64,000 nucleotides of DNA from Escherichia phage VTCCBPA_211: the sequence record PP989838.1. One strand, 5' to 3'. Each line of letters starts with the position of its first letter. The stretch's first letter is position 1. Position numbers and translations under genes: made by a program. Below are positions 57,822 through 64,000 of this stretch, one piece after another. The notes beneath the pieces are model-generated. The model was not told the DNA's origin, searched no databases, and saw nothing but the letters and a program-made list of their open reading frames with translations.

Positions 57822-60065
57822 TTACTTTTTACTTCCAAGACGTTTGCCTGGAATCCGTGAATCTTTGAGAGAAGCTTGTTGCTCTTTCTTAGTTACATTA
57901 GCTTCTTTCTTTTGGAGTTCCAAAGTTTTATCCTGAACACGAGCTTGCTGAACAATCTTCTCTTGGTCTACCTGATGAGACATAACCATCTGCAATTCTT
58001 TCAGTACAGATTCATACTGACGGACCTGCTGTTGCATAAGAGCTAACTTGTGCTTAGCTTGTTCCAGAGTAGCATTGTTATCCTCTTTACGGTTTTCCAG
58101 AGTCATTGCATCTGCTGCATTTTCTTGCTTGAACTGCAACTCTTCCTGACGCAGACTTAATTCATCCGCAGCTTTCTGCTGTTCGAATGTAGTACGTTCA
58201 CGTTGGTCGAATGCATCAGCAATCATCTTCTGAGAAGAAGCCTGTACGTTCTCAACCTGAGCTTTAGTCATCTCGAGCTGGAGGATTTCCATCGGAGAAG
58301 GTTCTGGAGGTTGATACTGTTCCAGAGGCAGAAGGTATTTATGCGTATCTTTAATACCCATCAACTCAAAGATCTGTGCAGTCATGTAACGGTCTTGCTC
58401 CAAACCAAAGAGAGGTGCTAACTGTGCATCCGCTGCAATCAGCTGTTTCAAGCTAATTAGTTTCTGTGCACGTTCTGCTTTCTCGTTAGGAGAGATAGCT
58501 ACAACAACTTGGAGGTTGTGACGAGCTGGTAATTGTTTTGGATTTACCTGAATCATACCACGAGGGGTTTGTACCTCAATAGGAACTTCACCATTTTCTC
58601 TGATAAGGCTGTAAATACCACGCATCAATTCAACCATACCGTTGTGAGCGATGTTACGACATACCATACGGAGACGGTTCTGTGCAGCATTCATCATCAA
58701 GCCTACGGTTGCATAAGCGTTATCATTCTTAAACACATCGGGGTTGATCCCCATACCTAGTTTGGTTACACCGGTACGTGTCTCTTTAAGCTCCTCAGAC
58801 ATGCCTAGAAGGCCGTCAATACCTTGAGGTAGGTTATGGTATGGGAACAGGTCAATAGCGTCCTGACGTTCCATTTCAACCACTCCACCGGGACGGTTAT
58901 CAAGCAGAGAGCGACGGTCGTATGCACCAACAAGAGCTTTGTATCGACCATAGTTAGCATTGTTGACATTATCAATATAACCACGAACTAACGCGGTACG
59001 TAAATCTTGAATATCTTTCGTAATGTCATAGACCGATTGACCATAGAAGGAACCCGGAATCGGATATGGACAGAAGGTTACAAACGGAATGTGAGTTACT
59101 TCTTCAGTGTGAAGGATATGCTCACCAGCTTGGATAACCTGATAGAGTTTAGACTCTTTATTCTTATCTAGAACACCAGTACGAATGTAGTGCTCATAAA
59201 CCCAAACCATAGAAGAGATATCTTCAGTGTCGACACCAATATCAGCATCAATATCCTGACGCCAGTCAGTACGAGACCAAGCAACTGTAGATTGAGTGGT
59301 ATCCATCGTATCTGTCCAGTCGTTGAATGCTTCAATCTCATCTTTAGGGAAGCCCATAGCAACCAGATCTTCTTTAGAACGACGTACACGATGACAGAAG
59401 TATTGTGCATCTGCAAAAGAGGTAGCATGTTCATCAACAAAGATTTGCTCTGAAGGAACATATTCAACTTTCACACGTTTAACAGTTTGTTCGTAAGTAA
59501 CTTTAACATCTACTGTACCATCTTCATTTTCTTCAGTGAAGATTTCCAGATTCTTGAGTCCACCAGCTTCTAATCCCTGAACATATGCAGCCAATGCTTC
59601 CGGTGGTACACCTTCAGCCTCTTCAGTTTGGGTAGAAGTTTGTTCATCCCAATAGTACTTGATAAAAGAGTTACGAGTAACCAGACATTCTTGTGCAGCA
59701 GAAGAGATAATGTTGTATCCCGGATTGTCACGCAGAAGAATTTGGTTAACTAATTTAGTTGCTACATCAGCAGCATCAGAATCCTGTTGGTTGTCAGCTA
59801 CGAAAGTAACTGCTTCATCACCAGAACAGAATACGTTAATAATATCTTGCAATGTACCGTTAACAGATTCCCAAACAGTACGATCTACCCAACTAGAGCT
59901 GCCAGCAGTTACTGGTGCAGGTAAGTTACCATAGAAATATTCCCAAGCTTCACGAGCATAGCCCTTAACAGCCATGTCCACGTAACCTTGAGCGTAATTA
60001 AAACGACGTTGAAGGTCAACACGTAACTCGTCCAACACCTCTTCACTATATTTTTGCTTAGCCAT
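57822..60065 (-). CDS. portal protein
   Basis: 747 aa ORF directly downstream of the terminase; basic C-terminal tail. Confidence 0.6.
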   Translation of the reverse strand: MAKQKYSEEVLDELRVDLQRRFNYAQGYVDMAVKGYAREAWEYFYGNLPAPVTAGSSSWVDRTVWESVNGTLQDIINVFCSGDEAVTFVADNQQDSDAADVATKLVNQILLRDNPGYNIISSAAQECLVTRNSFIKYYWDEQTSTQTEEAEGVPPEALAAYVQGLEAGGLKNLEIFTEENEDGTVDVKVTYEQTVKRVKVEYVPSEQIFVDEHATSFADAQYFCHRVRRSKEDLVAMGFPKDEIEAFNDWTDTMDTTQSTVAWSRTDWRQDIDADIGVDTEDISSMVWVYEHYIRTGVLDKNKESKLYQVIQAGEHILHTEEVTHIPFVTFCPYPIPGSFYGQSVYDITKDIQDLRTALVRGYIDNVNNANYGRYKALVGAYDRRSLLDNRPGGVVEMERQDAIDLFPYHNLPQGIDGLLGMSEELKETRTGVTKLGMGINPDVFKNDNAYATVGLMMNAAQNRLRMVCRNIAHNGMVELMRGIYSLIRENGEVPIEVQTPRGMIQVNPKQLPARHNLQVVVAISPNEKAERAQKLISLKQLIAADAQLAPLFGLEQDRYMTAQIFELMGIKDTHKYLLPLEQYQPPEPSPMEILQLEMTKAQVENVQASSQKMIADAFDQRERTTFEQQKAADELSLRQEELQFKQENAADAMTLENRKEDNNATLEQAKHKLALMQQQVRQYESVLKELQMVMSHQVDQEKIVQQARVQDKTLELQKKEANVTKKEQQASLKDSRIPGKRLGSKK

Positions 60066-60090
60066 CGATTCTCTCCCTCGGTTGATAGCT

Positions 60091-60121
60091 TAAATAAAAG
60101 AAGGGAGGACAAACCTCCCCC
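60091..60121 (-). terminator. hairpin terminator upstream of the portal gene
   Basis: GGGAGG-loop-CCTCCC hairpin with T-runs on both sides. Confidence 0.45.
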
Positions 60122-60291
60122 TTGTTTTTCTTTCTAGCTGCACTTAAGGTAGCAAATCACCTATATTTCTTAACCACAAGACTAAAAGGGAGGTCGTAGC
60201 CTACTCTCCACAACAAGCCGCCAGAATGCTTGCCCCCCTGTGCTAGAAAGGCTAATCTCTGGCCCAAACCTCTCTAGAAACTCTTAGGATT

Positions 60292-61833
60292 TTAGTAACT
60301 CTGATTCCATCTGCTTACGTTTGCCTCATACAGAGAAGCACTTCCGTAGCTAACGTCATGCTTAGAGCGACCACGATGTGTAACAGAGCACGCTGAATAG
60401 CGCATTGCATCCATTAAGTCATCATGTTCTTTAATAATCTTACCAACCTTACGGTGATATCTAGCTTTCTCTTCGAATAGCTTAGCATTAGCGGCTGTGT
60501 TAAAGATTTTAAAGCGTCCACTCATCATTCTTTCTCGGATATCTGTGATTCCCGGTTCTACAAAGAAGTTCTTTTTACCATCCATTCCAATTTTGTTGTA
60601 GAAGGTCTCACTCTGTACGTTAACTCCTGCATTCTTATAGAATTGAGCAACAGATGAACCGCTACCTTTCTCAATATTGTCCGCATCGTGCGGCAGGATG
60701 ACAGGAATCCACTGACCACGACCATTAATAGCTGGAGCATGATACACTGGAGTAAAGCCACCTTCTTTATATGAGTCGTAAACATAGATAGTATCCGTGT
60801 TTGCATCGTAAGCTGTCCAAACAGCAGCAGTCGGGTGATCAATACCAATATCAATTGCACAGACACGTTTCCACGTATCAGGAATTTCGAATGGTTCACA
60901 TTTAATTGTGTCATCCGATACATCATAAATCAAACCACTTCCTAACAATGGCATACCTTTCGAACGCATCTCTAACTGCCACGCTGGAATACCTTCAGTC
61001 ATATCTTTTATGTCTTGGTCAGTGATATGTCCACCTAGGTCTGCATGAGCATCCCACCAAGAAGCATTCTGGAAATATAGAGAACCTGTGTTCTCATCCC
61101 CTTCACCTTTCATAAATTTATCTACCAGTTCAGTTAAGCCGTTCTCTGGTGTAGCTGTAATTGTAACTAGACCTTTAGTTGTGAGTGTACGTGTGACGCA
61201 CTGTGCGAATATAGCCATAGACTCGTATGGATCTTCTTCGTCTAACCAAATGTAGTCAACTGTTGCACCCATCAATGTGTGTTCACCCTGTTGGGTTGAA
61301 CGGAATTCTAATGTACTTAAACCGTCAAACTCTCCTCTTTCGTTTTGATGTTTGATTTGTACGATTTGAAGTTTATTACCATCTCGTTCTATCGTGTCAA
61401 TGACGATAGCATCACGAGGAATGACACCTGTCCCCAATAAGTTTGTATCCTTTCCGATAGGTGTACCAAACAATTCCTTTTGCAATACTTTCCTTGTGGA
61501 ATCCCCTGTAATACCAACTGCCCATGCTAAGATAGGTCTTTTAAATTTATATCCTGTCCACCAAGTTGGGTAGCGACCTGTGACATGACAAGCAAACTCG
61601 TATGCCTCGCTGTAAGATTTACCAACACGGTTCGCTGCACACAAGAATCTAAAGCGATGCTTCAATCCTGCCGCATAAAATTTCTTTTGGAAGTCATACG
61701 CCTTGAAAGACAAAATCTTATTATACTTCCTCCATTGGTCACGCTCTTTCAACATATTCAATAGTGCTTTCTTTTCCTCTACACTAAGATTGTTACCAGT
61801 TAGAGCTTCATAAATTTGTTTATCTAATGACAT
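60292..61833 (-). CDS. terminase large subunit
   Basis: Walker A-like CAANRVGKS, Walker B-like DYIWLDEED, C-terminal nuclease region (AIDIGIDHP); GGAGGA SD. Confidence 0.8.
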   Translation of the reverse strand: MSLDKQIYEALTGNNLSVEEKKALLNMLKERDQWRKYNKILSFKAYDFQKKFYAAGLKHRFRFLCAANRVGKSYSEAYEFACHVTGRYPTWWTGYKFKRPILAWAVGITGDSTRKVLQKELFGTPIGKDTNLLGTGVIPRDAIVIDTIERDGNKLQIVQIKHQNERGEFDGLSTLEFRSTQQGEHTLMGATVDYIWLDEEDPYESMAIFAQCVTRTLTTKGLVTITATPENGLTELVDKFMKGEGDENTGSLYFQNASWWDAHADLGGHITDQDIKDMTEGIPAWQLEMRSKGMPLLGSGLIYDVSDDTIKCEPFEIPDTWKRVCAIDIGIDHPTAAVWTAYDANTDTIYVYDSYKEGGFTPVYHAPAINGRGQWIPVILPHDADNIEKGSGSSVAQFYKNAGVNVQSETFYNKIGMDGKKNFFVEPGITDIRERMMSGRFKIFNTAANAKLFEEKARYHRKVGKIIKEHDDLMDAMRYSACSVTHRGRSKHDVSYGSASLYEANVSRWNQSY

Positions 61834-61994
61834 GCTTCCTCCAGTTTAAAAATAGAAAAGGGAAAGTCCCTTCGTCAAAGAACCTCCCCTCTCCACTACA
61901 AGGGTACACTGCAAAAGAACATCGTGGCAATAAAAATATAACAATCCTCAGATTGCTAATCAGACGATCTTCGACAGCTCCCTGTTTCCTTTAC

Positions 61995-62468
61995 TTAACT
62001 CTCGTCCGCTTCCTCCCCCTTTTCAGCGTCCTCAGAGTTATCTTCTTCTGGAGGCATAACGTCAACACCAAGTGCTCCAGTCAAGAAGTCCTTGATTTGT
62101 GCATTCAATGATTCTTCGTTGATTACATTCTCTTCCTCAATCTTAACTTCAACAGAGGCCGCCTTAGGATATACCAGATCTGCAACTTTTGATGCAGCCT
62201 TGAATCTAAGATCGGGTGGAATATTAGGATCTTCGTAAATTTGAATTAACACTTCATCAGGAGACAAATGACTTGCAGCAACACGGTCCAACATTAATTG
62301 TGTCAGTTTACCTCTACTACCTCTGGGTCGTCCGAATTTATTTCCCTTTTGAAACTTCCCATTGCTTGGGTTCATACCACGGCTTTCGAGTTCTTCCGTT
62401 ACTCCGGGTAATCTTCCTGTAACCTCAGCTACCTGTGCAGGCGTGAGTTCTCCGTTTTCTCCAAACAT
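61995..62468 (-). CDS. probable terminase small subunit
   Basis: Upstream of terL; basic GNKFGRPRGSRGK motif; acidic C-terminus. Confidence 0.45.
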   Translation of the reverse strand: MFGENGELTPAQVAEVTGRLPGVTEELESRGMNPSNGKFQKGNKFGRPRGSRGKLTQLMLDRVAASHLSPDEVLIQIYEDPNIPPDLRFKAASKVADLVYPKAASVEVKIEEENVINEESLNAQIKDFLTGALGVDVMPPEEDNSEDAEKGEEADES

Positions 62469-62498
62469 TTTATACTCCTTCTACATTATCAACAACAC

Positions 62499-62520
62499 AA
62501 AAAGCCTCCCAACGGAGGCA
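62499..62520 (-). terminator. rho-independent terminator (minus strand)
   Basis: GCCTCC-GTTG-GGAGGC hairpin followed by TTTTT on the minus strand. Confidence 0.6.
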
Positions 62521-62524
62521 AACA

Positions 62525-63181
62525 TTACTTACAATCACCAACGGACAGGTTAAACATCTTACCTAGAGCAATCGTCTCACCTTCCCACGGAAGTTCTGCA
62601 CCCTTCTCTTCCTCTAAAAGAATAGAGCCGTCGACCAAAAATTTTTCGTAGTCTCGCAGTGCGTCGTCTACTAACTCACTCTTGTGAATCCACGTAATTG
62701 TTTCTGTACCATCCTCTTCGATTCGAACATCACGATGCCATTCATCTTTGGAGGTAATGTAATCATGGAGCATTTCATATTCAGCTTCTTCAATCATCTC
62801 AATCATTGCACGAGCATAGTCAGGGAGGTGATCATGTTTAGTAGATTCATATTCAACTACTTCTAGATTGGAAGGACACTTACGTTTAACTTCCTTTGCT
62901 ACAGTGAAATAATCTTTCACATCTTTCGCTTCTGTACGAGGAATCAAACCTTCCCATATTTCACGGGTTGAAGGAGCATAACCATACACAGAACCATGAG
63001 CCAGTTGTTTTGCCATCTCAACTCGGGACTTACCTCCAGTAGTTTCATGAACACGATTCAGATAGAGAACATCCTCTGATAAAGGACGGATCGAACCATT
63101 ATAAACAACCTCGCCTTTACATCCCATGTTCTCATAGATTGCATTCAGTGTATTAGTTCCTGTCATATTGTTATTCATCAT
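62525..63181 (-). CDS. hypothetical protein (218 aa)
   Basis: ATG at 63181 with AAGGAGAG SD; the longer track ORF would overlap the upstream gene. Confidence 0.4.
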   Translation of the reverse strand: MMNNNMTGTNTLNAIYENMGCKGEVVYNGSIRPLSEDVLYLNRVHETTGGKSRVEMAKQLAHGSVYGYAPSTREIWEGLIPRTEAKDVKDYFTVAKEVKRKCPSNLEVVEYESTKHDHLPDYARAMIEMIEEAEYEMLHDYITSKDEWHRDVRIEEDGTETITWIHKSELVDDALRDYEKFLVDGSILLEEEKGAELPWEGETIALGKMFNLSVGDCK

Positions 63182-63431
63182 TCTCTCCTTCAGTGTCAGT
63201 GTTATCACTATAACGATAATCTTTAAGTGTCTCAGCCTTGTAGGACACAAAGCATCTCATGTACAACCAGCCCAATGAACTAAGGTCCATCGTAGCATCA
63301 AAATCTTCATCGTCGTCCAAGTCTACCAATCTACCCAAACAACTCAATACTTCTCCTCCTTCTTCAAATACAAATGCACATTTTTCAGTGCGGAAGTAAG
63401 GAATCAACTCTGATAAAAAATCTAGAATCAT
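63171..63431 (-). CDS. hypothetical acidic protein (86 aa)
   Basis: ATG at 63431 with GAGGAG SD. Confidence 0.35.
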   Translation of the reverse strand: MILDFLSELIPYFRTEKCAFVFEEGGEVLSCLGRLVDLDDDEDFDATMDLSSLGWLYMRCFVSYKAETLKDYRYSDNTDTEGENDE

Positions 63432-63463
63432 TTTATATCTCCTCTGATATAAGAGAGTGATCA

Positions 63464-63670
63464 ACCCATAAAGGCGTACTCATCTAAAGGCCCACCCATG
63501 TATGAACCCATGTACGCTGAAGTAGTTCACTACGTTCAAGTAAAGGGCATGTCATAAAGGCACCCCCATAAAGGCTATGTCACGTTAAGGCCTATCCATC
63601 CATGTGCTATGTTTAAGCTTACCACATTTACTACATCTCCAAGTGGACTTATAAAGGGTGTGAACTCTTT
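63464..63670. repeat. cluster of short direct repeats (ATAAAGG-type iteron-like repeats)
   Basis: At least six copies of (C)ATAAAGG(C) plus repeated CCATGTA within about 200 bp of non-coding DNA. Confidence 0.4.
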
Positions 63671-63749
63671 CATCCCCGTAAGCTTTGCGTATCCGATAGT
63701 ACTCATGATCACATTTGAATTGCTTAATGATTAACTTAATTTTCCACAT
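63585..63749 (-). CDS. small zinc-ribbon-like protein (54 aa)
   Basis: CDH...CSKC pattern; overlaps the repeat-rich region, so it may be non-coding. Confidence 0.2.
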   Translation of the reverse strand: MWKIKLIIKQFKCDHEYYRIRKAYGDERVHTLYKSTWRCSKCGKLKHSTWMDRP

Positions 63750-63839
63750 AAGTTCTCTTTCAACCTTATATATAAGAGTTTAAAATTCTGATTTGACCGA
63801 ATGGGGCTAGGCGCTCGCCGCGTGTTTCTCAAAAAGGGG

Positions 63840-64000
63840 GAGTCCTCATTTAAAAAAAGGGTTATTGGCAATGCCTTTACCTTCCCTTTCAACGTTCCAC
63901 CTTTCCCCGTGCCTACTCCCCGTAATTATTCCCCCGTGTATACTACCCAATACATTACCTACCCGTTTATTTAGTTCCCCTTTACTGAGTGAGAGAAAGG
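63840..64000. repeat. pyrimidine-rich repeat tract
   Basis: Repeated CCTTT(C/A)C and CCCCGT(G/A) units in non-coding DNA at the window edge. Confidence 0.3.
63948..63956 (-). promoter_or_regulatory. near-consensus motif TAATGTATT (minus strand)
   Basis: One mismatch; at the head of the minus-strand late arm. Confidence 0.3.

Noticed and set aside
60122-60291. 170-nt non-coding spacer between terminase large subunit and portal as a possible tRNA or small RNA
   Set aside because: No T-loop (GTTCRANYC) or cloverleaf-compatible pairing found by eye; probably 3' UTR plus terminator. A proper tRNA scan was not possible.
61834-61994. GGGAAAGTCCC palindrome-like element between the terminase subunit genes as a regulatory site
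   Set aside because: Short and unique; no supporting repeats or promoter motif nearby.
62476-62484. TAATGTAGA, one mismatch to the TAATGTATA motif, upstream of the small terminase gene
   Set aside because: It lies only about 14 nt from the start codon and overlaps the ribosome-binding site, so a transcript starting there would lack a usable leader; more likely a chance near-match.

Overview
The window is almost entirely coding DNA from a lytic tailed dsDNA phage. Two convergently transcribed arms meet at a bidirectional terminator near 33.27-33.31 kb. The plus arm (1-33.2 kb) carries early/middle genes: a cluster of amide-bond-forming enzymes (two glutamine-synthetase-like amidoligases, a class-II glutamine amidotransferase, an ATP-grasp ligase, a GGCT/AIG2 cyclotransferase), a T7-like primase-helicase and a family A DNA polymerase that are each interrupted by a group I intron carrying an HNH homing endonuclease, nucleotide-metabolism genes (dCTP deaminase, ThyX, thioredoxin, PhoH, P-loop kinase, 5'-3' exonuclease, phosphatases), a CCA-adding-like nucleotidyltransferase, a Dps-like protein, an ECF-like phage sigma factor, an SSB-like protein and a spanin-like overlapped gene pair. 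The minus arm (33.3-63.8 kb) carries the late module: small and large terminase, portal, scaffold, major capsid with an Ig-like decoration ORF in the -1 frame, tail fibre and tail spike, endolysin, a lytic transglycosylase and large internal virion proteins. A conserved TAATGTATA motif recurs upstream of several genes in the correct orientation and is the likely promoter element for the phage sigma factor. Gene content and organisation resemble phiEco32-like (Kuravirus-type) podophages; this assignment is from memory, not from a search. No tRNA, CRISPR array or integrase was found by eye. All domain calls rest on motifs read from the translations, and coordinates of starts were adjusted by hand where an ATG with a Shine-Dalgarno sequence was better supported than the longest ORF.
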